A stretch of 59,037 bases of DNA from Perkinsus chesapeaki ATCC PRA-425 (Eukaryota; Protista; Perkinsozoa): the NCBI GenBank assembly GCA_013115145.1, contig JAAPAO010000166.1, forward strand, positions 1 to 59,037. The letters are read 5' to 3'. The notes beneath the pieces are model-generated. The model was not told the origin of the DNA and made no database searches. It was given only the letters and a program-made list of their open reading frames with translations. Within the stretch, counting starts at the first letter, position 1. Each line of letters begins with the position of its first letter. A program made the position numbers and the translations under genes. Shown piece by piece: positions 33,165-44,965 of the stretch.

Positions 33165-33524
33165 TTGATGGCCGCCAAGGAGTCAACAAAACCGTTTCGG
33201 AAAAGAGACAGAAAATTTCCGGAATTTCTAGCCCAACTCAAACGTTGTCAAAGCAACGGAGCATATGAGGAGATGATACCGCCAAGCAGGAAGCAGTTCT
33301 CCGGGAGAGGACAACAACCGCCTGCACTTGGACAATCTCACAAGCTTTCACAACAACCGCCTGCACTTGGACAATCTCACAAGCTTTCACAACAACCGCC
33401 TGCACTTGAACAATCTCACAAGCTTTCACAACAACCGCCTGCACTTGAACAATCTCACAAGCTTTCACAACAATCGCCTGCACTTGGACAATCTCACAAG
33501 CTTTCACAGTATATAATCAATTGA
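33165..33524 (+). CDS. Hypothetical ORF/terminal exon containing five 13-aa repeats
   Basis: Open frame continues through (QQPPALGQSHKLS)x5 to a stop just after the array. The start is not secure. Confidence 0.4.
   Translation: MMAAKESTKPFRKRDRKFPEFLAQLKRCQSNGAYEEMIPPSRKQFSGRGQQPPALGQSHKLSQQPPALGQSHKLSQQPPALEQSHKLSQQPPALEQSHKLSQQSPALGQSHKLSQYIIN
33311..33508. repeat. 39-bp tandem repeat, 5 copies
   Basis: Unit ACAACAACCGCCTGCACTTGGACAATCTCACAAGCTTTC at 33311, 33350, 33389, 33428 and 33467, with G>A variants in copies 3-4 and C>T in copy 5. Confidence 0.95.
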
Positions 33525-33667
33525 AAACGGCGTATCCAAAGCCGAATAGCAGCACTCCCGGCATCCCCACTAAACATGAACACAATACGCTTTCAACAAC
33601 AAGGGTTACAATATTGCTAGTTTGTTTGCCAGTACGTTCCGAATAGTAGTAAGCGACTTAATCTTCT

Positions 33668-35946
33668 TTACACATCAAAAAGCCAATCCATAATCTGCCA
33701 CACTGGTGCCATCATACCTTCTACTTGCGGGGCCAGTGAGGCTGTCAAACGCGACTTGTTAGAAGTATCACCGTCTTGCTGTGTGCCCGAAGCTGGCAAT
33801 GTGTACCCGACGTCATTCGTATCTTCATCAGCTCCCGAATTAATCAACTGACCATCAACTAACCATATCATTCGCTCACTCTAACACACTCCCTCACCGT
33901 GAACGACGAGAAGAAGGAGACAATTTCGGACACAATACACAATGCTGCCTTTGCATGATATTTCAGGTATAATATAAACGTATCGATAAGCCTGTACAGA
34001 AACAACTTAGTCTACGATGGAAGATGGCACACTGTACAGGAGAGGACCGTGTCACACAATCACTATTATATTCACACTTTGCCACCTTCGTGAAAATGAC
34101 CTTCATGGCGATCTATCATCCGCCGCATGCCAACACCCCACCCTCCACTGGTGCTACTTCTACGAACTACCGTCATCTACATGCCTATAATGGCGGTCAC
34201 TTTGATCCCATCTACCCTATCATCCTACAGTTCTTACCGGACTAGTGCAAGGCACAATACCAATCATAGTTCCCTCGAATAGAACACTGCCAGACAACTG
34301 TAGACAGTTACGAGCTGCTGCTGGTGAAGGGAGACAGACTGACACAATAACAACTATAATACCGTGTTCATAATGAATAAGACCAACGGTAGTATGATCA
34401 TATCTTCTGAATAATTTTGAACTGAAATATTTACAGTGCGAACCAAATTTCAGAAAATAGGATCTGCATGACGGTCTGGTTCCTACAGTAGAAGTGGTCG
34501 GTATTCCCGCGACTCGGCAATAAAGCTTCTGTCATACAACAACGATCATCGCGATTGCTCCGCAGCCCCAATCACAGCAGAACATACATAACCAAACTCT
34601 TCTGTGTATATTTACCGTGCATAAAGTTTCCATTGCCAACCCGACACTCCGCAATCTTCTCTCCCAGCACTGCCTCGATATGATGTCGAACCTAATCGAT
34701 TAGATGCGCATGCGTGCAACTTATTTCTTACCGCGACCGCCATCGCCGGGGCGAATCCGAAAACCGTAACCCAACATCCAGAAGATCTTCCGCTTCCCAT
34801 CGAAGCGAGGCCGCCGAAGGAGCCTCCAGCCACCGGACCAAACTGAGCAAACAAGTCGTCGGAACGCAGTTAGTTGGCAACTGTTATATTTTAGCCGATC
34901 TCCAACCAAGCAGTTCTAGACAGGTGTTCTGCTGATTCCCTACTACCCCCGAGTCCTCTGCCGTATACGCTCCTGCTCTGTTCTGTAGAACTCCACTGGT
35001 ATCCAACAACCCCCCACTTCTTGAAGTTGATTTAGTGGGGAAACTAGAGAACATCTGAAAAAGTGATGGTAAGCATCAACACGAGCCTTCAGCCCTGAAC
35101 CCCCATGAGTGGTTCCAGTTCCGCCGCCGCCCGACGAGATGCTCATTTGTATATTCAAATCCAAAGCAATCACTACTAGCCATTCTTATGCAGATTATGC
35201 TTATGCAGATCAATTGGGCTTGTCCTCAGAGATGGCCGGTAAAAGGGCACTGTGTTCGCGCTTTAAAATTAAAACAACAATAAGAAAAGGTCGTTCTCAT
35301 GCCAGCGTATACAGGCTTACAGTAGGGATATCATCGCAGCCAGGTGGAGGCAAATCTTCCCGCCCGCCGGCATACTCGAGGGGATCCCCGCCACCCATGT
35401 ACCCTCGAGAAGTTGGTGCACCTATAACGGTAAAATAATTAAACGCCTGAATAGTAAAATCCTGGTGCTCATCGTGGTTAGAAATACCACGAATTGACGG
35501 ATTTGAAGAAGCGGAAGAGCTGAGTCATGTGTTATGTGTTATAATATGACTATAGTGTAATGATGTAATATAGAGTAGTAGCAGCAGCACTGGGATGACA
35601 AGTAGTCTATAGCTTGTATACTGTACACTAAACTTCCAATTTACAACGAGCAATGGGTCTCTCGCAACTGCGTACTCAAACTACAGGGCAATGCAACGAT
35701 CAAGTCCTTTTATATTATCATACAAGCAAAGCAAGAGATTGAGAGTATCGATTCGAGACCATTGGATGATTCCACCGTATGACCTGTATCCCCGAATAAC
35801 TCGGCCTGCTGCCGTTGCTGCTTCAGCCCATATGTCGACTGCTGTTCCGTATGTTTCCTAAGATGCCTATCATCATCTGCATATCCACTGCTACCAAACA
35901 GACCGCCTCGAGGAGGAGTGTCATTAGACGGGGGAGGCCGAAACAT
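33668..35946 (-). CDS. Multi-exon hypothetical protein (Gly/Pro/Gln-rich segments); boundaries approximate
   Basis: MFRPPPSNDTPPRGGLFGSSG...QQRQQAELF first-exon-like ORF plus several downstream AG..GT-bounded open segments (e.g. VHQLLEGYMGGGDPSSMP, GGGGTGTTHGGSGLKARV). No domain recognised. Confidence 0.3.
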
Positions 35947-36027
35947 AATAATGATTAAATACCTAACGCAAGTGCTGAACCAGCAGCAGCTGATGATGAT
36001 ATTGCTGTACATTTTCTCTTCTTTCAC

Positions 36028-36299
36028 ATATAAAGTTCCTATATAAAGTTCCTATATCAAGTTCCTATATAAAGTTCCTACATGAAGTTCCTATATAAAG
36101 TTCCTATATAAAGTTCCTATATAAAGTTCCTATATAAAGTTCCTATATAAAGTTCCTATATAAAGTTCCTATATAAAGTTCCTATATAAAGTTCCTATAT
36201 AAAGTTCCTATATAAAGTTCCTATATAAAGTTCCTATATAATGTTCCTATATAAAGTTCCTATATAAAGTTCCTATATAAAGTTGGTATATAAAGTTGG
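36028..36299. repeat. 13-bp tandem repeat, ~21 copies
   Basis: Unit TATATAAAGTTCC with few variants. The last two units change to ...GTTGG. Confidence 0.97.
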
Positions 36300-36740
36300 C
36301 ATACAAAAATAGGGAGCGTAACCCTACTAGTAATCCCATAAATACATAAACCTTTTCTAGTGCTACTTCTTATAAAAGCTATCAGCCGACAACAATATCT
36401 ATTGCAATCGTTCTTCGATGGTTGCTCATCTATAGTACTCCGCGACCTTCCTTCCTTCATCCACACTACCATATGCTACAATAGCTCAAGTGAGATTGGA
36501 GGTACGTTGAGGCGAAACTGTCCCTTTACGGCTCTTATAAATCGACAGGCAGTCCTTCAATTGGGAATTACTAGAACCAAAAGACAATGGAGTAGATCCA
36601 CAAAGGTAAAAAATATAATAGACCGACTACCGATTCCAGTGGAGTAGCGGATAATAATACCAATGGTCAACATGGTGCATATCTTAGCTTGAACCGTGCA
36701 AAATACAAAGTAGGTTACCTCATGTAGGTCAAGACGGGTA

Positions 36741-37901
36741 TCAAATAAAAACCGCTTCCCATGTATCGATCCACTCTCCATCGATCGACCCCCTTCTAGA
36801 CAGGGGACTGAACCCATCACAAATTTGTCTCCCAAAGCAGCGTTCCAATCCGAATGTCGGCAATTTCGCGGCGCCTCTCATTTTCCCACAAGGCATAGCC
36901 CAAACCTCATCATCGTTTCTCGATGATCTTCTTGTTGCCTTCAACCGCTCATCATTGCCTGCCCCAGTTATCCACACTCCCCCCTGCGGCCTCGCAAACA
37001 CACGGTGCCAGGCCGTGGGAGCTGCCGACCGTCTATGTGGCATAGGGAAGGGACCAAGACACGTCGGCTTGTCTTGGAGATCGACAACCCATAGAGCCCA
37101 GTGGCCACTCTTCTTAATATACGCCAATACGTACGCGACGGGTCTCTGCTGATTGATATCGATTGAGGCTGCGGCGCAGTCGCCAAGTGTGCCGATCTCC
37201 TTCCAACCGCTACCTTCATCCCACATGGCAACCGACCGCATACCTGGTGACATGTCTAGTACAACTATAAGACGGTCAAAGGCCTCTCCTTTAGCCCTAT
37301 ACGCGGCGAAACAATGGGGGACAGATCTTGTGCGACAAATGACCTCTACCTCAGGACCATTCATAGGGATCCTGGCGATTCTGAAAGGCCCCCAAAGGCC
37401 GTAGACACAATTCGTGCCAGCGGTGAGAAAGAAGAACCGAGAGCGGCCGCCAGAGACCATCAGCTCCTCATCCACCCAGTCGCGGGAATAGCGATACACT
37501 CCAGAGCTGCGAGCGCAGATTATTCGACCGTCGGGAGCCATACAGGCGACATCCAACGGACCTAGTACGAATCTTGCTTTATTCGACCTATGTGGTATCC
37601 TTCTTTTAACGGTGAGACTGTTAACTTCACAGATCCAGCGAGGCAACGGCCCTTCCCCGTCAATTGTCGACACACCTTTCAGTAGCATGAGTCCATTCCC
37701 ATCAGGCCTCCTCAAGCACCTTCTAACATTCATCGTCGGGACTCTACTCACTCGCGCGAATCCAGCCATAACTGGCCTCGAGTATGACCATATTATCACC
37801 AATAAATCCTCGGGGACATCTACACAATTTGAAGATATCTTTTGCAAGGTTAAGGCGACCCGATGAACTTCTGACGGAATGGCGGGTGACCTGGCATGCA
37901 T
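36741..37901 (-). CDS. F-box-like N-terminus + probable beta-propeller, 386 aa, intronless
   Basis: VDVPEDLLVIIWSYSRP resembles the F-box LP-x-E/D-L-x-x-x-I-x-x-Y pattern. The remainder consists of short beta-strand/turn repeats (VACMAPDGRIICA, LIVVLD, VAMWD, LWVVDL, GGVWITG). Confidence 0.7.
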   Translation of the reverse strand: MHARSPAIPSEVHRVALTLQKISSNCVDVPEDLLVIIWSYSRPVMAGFARVSRVPTMNVRRCLRRPDGNGLMLLKGVSTIDGEGPLPRWICEVNSLTVKRRIPHRSNKARFVLGPLDVACMAPDGRIICARSSGVYRYSRDWVDEELMVSGGRSRFFFLTAGTNCVYGLWGPFRIARIPMNGPEVEVICRTRSVPHCFAAYRAKGEAFDRLIVVLDMSPGMRSVAMWDEGSGWKEIGTLGDCAAASIDINQQRPVAYVLAYIKKSGHWALWVVDLQDKPTCLGPFPMPHRRSAAPTAWHRVFARPQGGVWITGAGNDERLKATRRSSRNDDEVWAMPCGKMRGAAKLPTFGLERCFGRQICDGFSPLSRRGSIDGEWIDTWEAVFI

Positions 37902-38609
37902 CTAAACAACTGAAGCAAAGATACGCCAGTAGCCAAGACCGTAAAGCTCGATCCGTGAAGGGCATAGATAATGGTACCCATACACGACCTAAAAGGATTC
38001 CAGATATCAATTACAACAATACCACCTTAAAGGCTCTCGATCGTTACGTGCTTCATCACGAAGCTCAACTGTTACTACGTAACGGCACCCCCCTTAACTT
38101 TCAGCACCCTATAGGGAACTGGCTTCGATATGCACTGGACATATCGGAGGGACATATCGTATGAGCCTCAGTCGATAAAACTATCAGCATTATAACAGTG
38201 CTAACGCAGCCCTATTAAGAGCTTGTGCCATCTACAGTCATAAGAGAGATAACGTGCATCATCGCCTGCCAGCCAATAGCATCTTCGTTACATACAAAAC
38301 CCTACCTACTCCTTTATAAAACTCAATCAACTATCAAGTATCTTCCTAGAAAACATTACGGTAAACCTGGGTAGTCAGTAATGAGCTGCTGTTGACTTTC
38401 ACTAGTCCTCAGTAAAAGATATCCTACACATTCACGACGACAAGGTACTAGGAAAGTATTCCACTCGAGGTTGATGAGCATATCGTATTAACCGAATGGC
38501 TCAAATCAACGTTTGTGGTCGTAACAAGTATAATGCTACATTTGAAAAAAGGGCTTCATCATCGGTCTTCAATCGACGATCAATTCGATGCTATATCGAT
38601 TATAGTAGT

Positions 38610-40169
38610 TCAGCAGTCGTAATGCTTGAGAAACTCCTGGGCGGCCTCCTTGTCTAGCTTGATGGCCAGCGAACCGACCTTCTGCAAATCTTTCAAAGGT
38701 GCCTTAAAGATAAGATCCGCCAGCCACGTAGGTTGACCCTCTTCTGGACCAACAATATGTTCACCTTCGGAAATCAAAGTATTATTGCTAACAACCTCAA
38801 CTCCCTCCATGTGGTCCCATTGCCTCGTAAATGAAAGATCAGATATCTTTCCAGACTTCAATGCATTTATAGTAGAGCATGCTATAGCGTATCTTTGGTC
38901 AAAAGGTAGCATCACAGGCACACTGGGAATTCCCACAGACAACAGGAGCTCCTCGTCGACCAGATCAACACCATTGGCAATCTTGTTCATCATGTGCACA
39001 GGTCCACCACCGAGCCTGGCATTGACCTCGATAAGCTTGGGGCCTCGACTGGTGTACTTCCCTTCAACATGGAAAACACCATCACTGAAGCCCATAGCCG
39101 ATACAGAGTCGACAGCCATCTGCCTCAGACCTTCGACCTCATCATTAGCAAGCATACTGGGCATTACATCCCACGTCTCCATAAAGTAAGGTTCAACAGT
39201 TGGGCCATTGTCATGGACAGCGGCGTACACACATTTACCATTACACATAACAGTGTCAATGTCGACCTCGGCACCGTCAAGATACTCTTCCAGCATAAAG
39301 CCGCCAAATTGCACCTTAGGGCCACCGGAGAGGTCTCCAACGTCCTCGCTGAACTCGCCATCAACAACAACCATATTGGCAATTAGATCGTATGTCTCCT
39401 TATAGGTCTTTCTGAGGTCATCCATAGAAGATACCTTCTTAACGCCCTGGGAGGCCGAACCACATAAAGGCTTCAAGACAGCTGGGAACCCAACAGCCTT
39501 GGCCGCCGCATCTAGATCCTCTTCAGATTTGATAAGGTAGTTCTCAACACTTGGCAGACCGGCCCTCTTCAAAGCTTGTCGAGCAGCATACTTGTCTCTA
39601 GCGGTCATGATGGACTTCTCAGAGGCACAACGAAGCCCTAGAGCCTCTCCTATCTTAGACATGGTTTGAAGGCAAAGCTCATAGAAGGTACAGATACCAT
39701 CAATACGATCAAGCTGCTTCAGAGCAGCGACGGTCTCCTCGCATACCTCATCCTGGTCAGGTGACATAATATCAATAGGTATGAACTTAAAGGCTTTGCC
39801 TTCTTCAACCAAGGAGTTACACCAAGCATCTGGCTGGTCTACTAGCACCACATTAACACCCAAATCATGGGCACGTTCATATATGAATCTCTTGCCGGGA
39901 TAACCCGTACCGTAGAACACAATAGTGCTGCCCTTCAGCAGCCTGAGACGAAGGTCTTGAGATTCCTGCGTTCGAGCAGTTAGTAGTTCAACAGGTATCT
40001 TGGCCAACATAGAGTAGTCGGTACCAGGGAAAAGGGTAGAAGGCTGATCCACAGACGAGTGGACACTGGCAGTGTCTTCCTCGGTGGTAGAAGCGTCAGA
40101 GGGGGGAGCGCTGGTCGCCAAGGTCTTTGAGTTCAGACTAAGATCGGCAGATTGGAGAGCAAATGCCAT
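38610..40169 (-). CDS. ATP-grasp ligase (L-amino-acid ligase / carnosine-synthase-like), 519 aa, intronless
   Basis: GYPGKRFIYERA, DGICTFYE, ARDKYAAR, PAVLKP..GSASQGVKKV, LEEYLDGAEVDID, GVFHVE and KLIEVNARLGG. Confidence 0.92.
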   Translation of the reverse strand: MAFALQSADLSLNSKTLATSAPPSDASTTEEDTASVHSSVDQPSTLFPGTDYSMLAKIPVELLTARTQESQDLRLRLLKGSTIVFYGTGYPGKRFIYERAHDLGVNVVLVDQPDAWCNSLVEEGKAFKFIPIDIMSPDQDEVCEETVAALKQLDRIDGICTFYELCLQTMSKIGEALGLRCASEKSIMTARDKYAARQALKRAGLPSVENYLIKSEEDLDAAAKAVGFPAVLKPLCGSASQGVKKVSSMDDLRKTYKETYDLIANMVVVDGEFSEDVGDLSGGPKVQFGGFMLEEYLDGAEVDIDTVMCNGKCVYAAVHDNGPTVEPYFMETWDVMPSMLANDEVEGLRQMAVDSVSAMGFSDGVFHVEGKYTSRGPKLIEVNARLGGGPVHMMNKIANGVDLVDEELLLSVGIPSVPVMLPFDQRYAIACSTINALKSGKISDLSFTRQWDHMEGVEVVSNNTLISEGEHIVGPEEGQPTWLADLIFKAPLKDLQKVGSLAIKLDKEAAQEFLKHYDC

Positions 40170-40727
40170 GAGGAAAAAGTACTAAAGGCAATTAATAATG
40201 TAATACACCGTTTGGACAAAAGATTCAAACAAGGTCGGATTGGATACTGCTCTAGCGCCAGAACACAACGCAGTATGTGATTCGATCGCCCTACCGGTTG
40301 GCTAGGAAATGCTAGTCGCGGGTTGCATTATAAAAACTCCCTATTAGAGAGTCTCTAATATAGTAACCATTTTATTAAATCATTTAGTGCGTATATCGGT
40401 ATGAAATCATGAGACTAGAATAACGTAACGACTAAGAGCACCATTTGTCGAACAATGCGCCCAATTGTCGATGGTGTTGTGCGATAGGGCTACAATGATA
40501 AATAGTAGGATAATATGGTCTCAAGCAGCATGCAAGTCATTTAATACACTGGCAATATCAAACTCATTAGAATATGTGCCAAGACATGAAGGAAGACTTC
40601 AGCCGACCTATCCCCACAAGAAGTTTGTGACCGTTAAGGAATATCAAGAGAGTTCAAGAGAAGCAAGATCTTCTCGTGACACTCGTAATTGTTCGTACTA
40701 TCTGACTTTCAGGTTTTACTGTCCACC

Positions 40728-41545
40728 ATGGCCGGTAGCTCTCTAGTAACCGTTAAGCCTGGGGAGATAACCTTCCCCACGACCCTCTACCAATCGGTTA
40801 CTACTATTCTCAGGCTTGATAATAAAACAGACAAGAAACGCTCTGTTGCTTATAAGATTAAAACCACTGCTCCTCGGAAGTATCTTGTTCGTCCTTCTAG
40901 CGGTGTCATTGGCCCTGGTGAATCCGCCGACATTCAGATCATCCTTCAGCCTCAAACTGCAGACCCCTCCAACGATCATGATCGCTTCCTTATCCAGACG
41001 GCTGTGTCCAAGTCTGGCCGCTCACTCGACCGCGAGGAATGGGGCAAGCTTGCTAAGGGCGAGGTTGAAGAACAAAAGATACGCGTTGTCTTCAAGGCAG
41101 CACCGGCAGCATCTGAGCCTTCCCCGGAGGCTCCCAGCGGTGGTGATGGCAGCGATGACCTTCGTGCTAAGTACGATGAACTTATACAATACACTTTGAG
41201 CGTTGAGAAGGACAAGAGAAGGCTAGAAAAGGAAATAGAAGCAGTAAGTGGGATAACCATATGTTTATTGGTATTAGGATTTATATCGGGGATCTTATAT
41301 ACTTATCAATATTTATATTATTATTATCAATTAATTGTTGTTTTATATTTGCAATCTTGTATATTGATCAATATTTATCAGCCATGTGTTCAATTACAAG
41401 GTGAACCCATGTTGTTAGCGTCATTTAGGTTAAGCAGTCTGGCCAAGGGTCTTCGTCCGTCGGTGGTTTTTCTACGGTGACTTTATTAATAAGTATGATG
41501 ATTGCTGTTATACTAGCCAGAGTTGCTGCATTATTCGGCTACTAA
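40728..41545 (+). CDS. VAP: VAMP-associated protein (MSP domain + coiled coil + C-terminal TM anchor), one intron 41244-41428
   Basis: VAYKIKTTAPRKYLVRPSSGVI matches the MSP signature, followed by DRFLIQ and a coiled coil. Spliced tail VKQSGQGSSSVGGFSTVTLLISMMIAVILARVAALFGY*. Confidence 0.93.
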
Positions 41546-42271
41546 TCAATGACATCTCCACGGAGTGCGCTCCAATTCAGACATTGCACATGAAAAGCTT
41601 CAATCCTATCAACTTGTTGCGTTACCTAGTCAATGCTCGAACACGGCGATAGATGAAGGAAGGCGGCGGGCTTTCATAGGCGTTAAATTGACCGAGAAAT
41701 TCCCACTTTATGGGAAAACGAAAGAAAACTTGGAAAAAATAACAAGAACGTGTTGAAACAGTTGCATGGATGTAAGCAGGGAAGCAGGCGAAAGTGGTGT
41801 TGGTCTATAGTAGTTTGACTATGTTCAGTGGCATAGGCCATTCACAATCAACTAGGGACGTCCAAAGGGGTCAAGGTCTCCGTGACACGATAAGGAGATA
41901 TGGCTGCACCTTGGGCATGCAGATGGGTGGTGCTAGGAGGTAAGTGGGAAATAGCAGATCAGTAGGGAATCAGGTAGGCTGTAGGACAAGCTCTATCGGA
42001 AGTCTATCTCAATTGAACGGTGGAGTGCAGCAACAGCAGCAGCGTTGGGCTGGAGCCACTATGGAAAGGGGATCGGTGGCATCATCATCATGTATAAATA
42101 AGCCTGCAGGATTTGGTACACGACTGGAGGTAAGGTATGTTGGGCAAAAGAGGGAGGAGGAGGCTTTGAGGAACGAGTACAGGTTTATCTTTCCAAGCCG
42201 CTCTTTTTATATATAGCCTTCATTCTGATAAGATATGATTATAACATATATAAGTATGTAACTTATAATAT

Positions 42272-42350
42272 AGTATAATTAATATATTATATAGTATATA
42301 ATTAGTATAATTAATATATTATATAGTATATAATTAGTATAATTAATATA
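42272..42350. repeat. 32-bp AT-rich tandem repeat, ~2.5 copies
   Basis: AGTATAATTAATATATTATATAGTATATAATT at 42272, 42304 and 42336 (partial). Confidence 0.85.
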
Positions 42351-42477
42351 ACTTATAATTATGATAAGATTATAACATCTGATAAGCTCCTTTTCCTTTA
42401 TAGCGGGCTTGCTTATATGTTTCTACCTCTTATCTGCGTAGGGCTCTCCTTTCCTTTTCTGTAGAAGTTAACCCCTC

Positions 42478-43008
42478 TCAGGACGTTTCCTCTAGCTCGG
42501 TCGTAGAGCCTCCACCACCAAAGCGTCGGCTCACAGTCGGCCATCTCATTGGTCTGTCACAGTCCCAGGCAATAGAGCCAACCTTACCCTCTAATAACGT
42601 ATCAATACCATTCACACAGTTCGACTCCACTAATCCTGGGTTGAGCCTGTCACTTGAAGGTAGTAGTAGGGCTTTGAATCGGCGCATCGGAAAATGGGTA
42701 ATCAGCGGAGCCGACGCCGAGTATCGCTGATACCCTACCACCGACCCTCCCACCGTCACCGAGACCGAAGGATCGAAGACAAGAGCAGACAAAGGTATCT
42801 TTTCTGTTGATATTGCGGGCTAGGTTATTGGCAGGTCGGAGGGGGACAGGCGACACAAAAGACAGTCGAGAGGAGAAGTCCTATGAAGCTGGATATGGGG
42901 ACGCAGATGTCTGCGTGTAGGGGAAACTTTGATGAAGATGAGGATGATGAGGGCAAGCTTGACGGAAAGGAAGGAATAAGTGGGTTCAGCTCGATCATCG
43001 ATGGCCAC
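42478..43008 (-). CDS. Hypothetical protein with N-terminal hydrophobic segment, probably two exons
   Basis: ORF 42820-43008 (…FLSVKLALIILIFIKV…) lies upstream of ORF 42478-42792 on the same strand. The splice was not resolved. Confidence 0.3.
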
Positions 43009-43155
43009 ACTTTACCTCCAAACACCTATTAATGCAATCTATGTTAATAAATACTAGGTATCTACTCTAATATCTCTGAACATTCACTCTATCACTATTC
43101 ACTCTATAAACGAGCAGGATTGGTAGGATCACACTTTAACCACACAAAGTAGTCG

Positions 43156-44965
43156 ATGGACTCGGAGGAAAATGTAGCCCCAAAGAAATCGAATAAATAG
43201 CACTTTCGTGTTCCACAAAGATCTACATCTCTTGTTTCTGTGTAATGACTCATTGGGACTGATGAGTAGATGGCCGAGTAGCTTGCAGTGTACCCTACTA
43301 TGAGCGGCGGACTGAAATGTTGCTTATCCGAGATATATACAGTTACGGGATAAGTTGGACAATGCGTATACACGTATGACATATAGTATATCCTACTGGT
43401 ATCGCCGCCCGATGTGATATTATCCTAGCATCAGCTCAATCACAGACGTCAAGTGTCTACTCATTTCACAGTGCTGCTAGCGCTTGCTCATTGCCATACC
43501 ACGCTCGTATCCTAGCTCCTCCTCAGGCCTGAGTCAGGCCTCGACCGAGGTTTCCTTTTCTCAAGTTCTTGACGCCGTTAACGAATCCCGAGCTTTCATC
43601 GACCAGCGTCTCGGAGAGGCTCACCTTAAGTTCAAAGATACTTTTGAGGTCGCCACGAGAGTAACAGCACAATAGTGATTTCACACAAAGAGTGGTCTCG
43701 ATTAGGCGATTGTGGGCGAAGTGGTGGCGCAGGAATGTGCGAAGTTGAAGGCTGAAATGGCTAGAAGTATAAACGATAGCAAACAGGAACTCTGGCAGGA
43801 GATGAGGTCCATTCAGGAAGGACTAGATACCGAGCTGAAAGATCTTGGTGAGCTTTGGCTCTAGTTTTCAGCTGAAGAATCTAGGGCTTGTTGAAGTACA
43901 CAGATGTAGGTGTGAAAGTCGAAGTGGTGCGGCGCATAAGTGACCACGAAGATATCCTGCATGAGCTTGCCAAGCTTGTTGGCATTGAAGAGTCTTGCCG
44001 AGAGACCAAGGAGCGACTAGACCAGATGGAGAAGGCCTGGATCGAGCGTAAGTTATCAGGTGATGCCATAGTGAGGATCTTCGGGCAGGTCTGGCCAAAT
44101 TGAAAGATACTTCTCGAGCCTGCGTGCAAATGACGCCTCCGAGGACGGCGATCTCGAGACGTCCCGTGGAGTCTGGGCAGTTTGCACCGCAGCGACGAAG
44201 CGCTAATGTTCTTAGTGTGCGTGACGAGCATGTGCATAGAGCGACTAGGCTACCTGTGGCCATTCGACCATCTACTGCCAGGTAAGGTACCTTATTAAGT
44301 GATGGAATGCTCGATGCTGTCTGACACGAGACACTGTCTAGGGAAAATCTTGCCCAAGTTCTTGCCTTGTTCGTATTTGAACTTCTATTTCACAGACAGG
44401 CACGATTAGATTGAAGCTTTGAAATTGACTCTGCGAGTGACTGAGATGACTCAGAGTGAACGCGTTCACCTCATCAGATGCTGAGTGGTGTGCTGTGGTT
44501 TTCGTTATATCGGTTATGTACTTGCGTGTTGTCATAATACGCGTCACCTGTGATTAGCCAATCGCATAAATCAACGACTTATAACCGTCTGCTGATCGGC
44601 CAATGTTGAGCCTGTCTCTCAGATCGGAGCTTCCTACAACCCGCGAGGGTATCCTGTCCTCTTCAGCTGCTGTGTCACGTAGCAATCGCCCTCAGCCCGA
44701 CAGAAGAAGGTCTACTCGTATTCGCGCCCTCGCCGAAAAGAACGACAAACTTACTGAGCCTGGAAAGCCTGTACCGGTAGCCAAAGCGAAGGCTAAGGCG
44801 AAGTCAAAGGGCAGACCGAAAGGGAAGGCGAAGAAGAGGCCCGCTAAGGCCATTGAAGAGCATAAGCCTTTGGAGAAGATAGCAGAAGTTCCTACTGTAG
44901 AAGTTCCTACTGTGGCGCCTAGGCTATCATTATTGAAGCGTCATAGACGCGCATTAGAAGCTTAA
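43156..44965 (+). CDS. Multi-exon coiled-coil protein with basic C-terminal tail; 5' end approximate
   Basis: Exon-like helical segments (…QECAKLKAEMARSINDSKQELWQEMRSIQEGLDTELKDL|gtgag; …ESCRETKERLDQMEKAW…). Last exon carries AKAKAKAKSKGRPKGKAKKRPAK. Confidence 0.5.

Noticed and set aside
31675-36299. Tandem arrays considered as CRISPR-like
   Set aside because: Units are contiguous with no unique spacers, the context is eukaryotic, and there are no cas genes.
40689-41480. 263-aa VAP ORF with hydrophobic Tyr/Leu-rich tail in the ORF track
   Set aside because: The tail is read-through of the AT-rich intron 41244-41428; the spliced product has a normal TM anchor.
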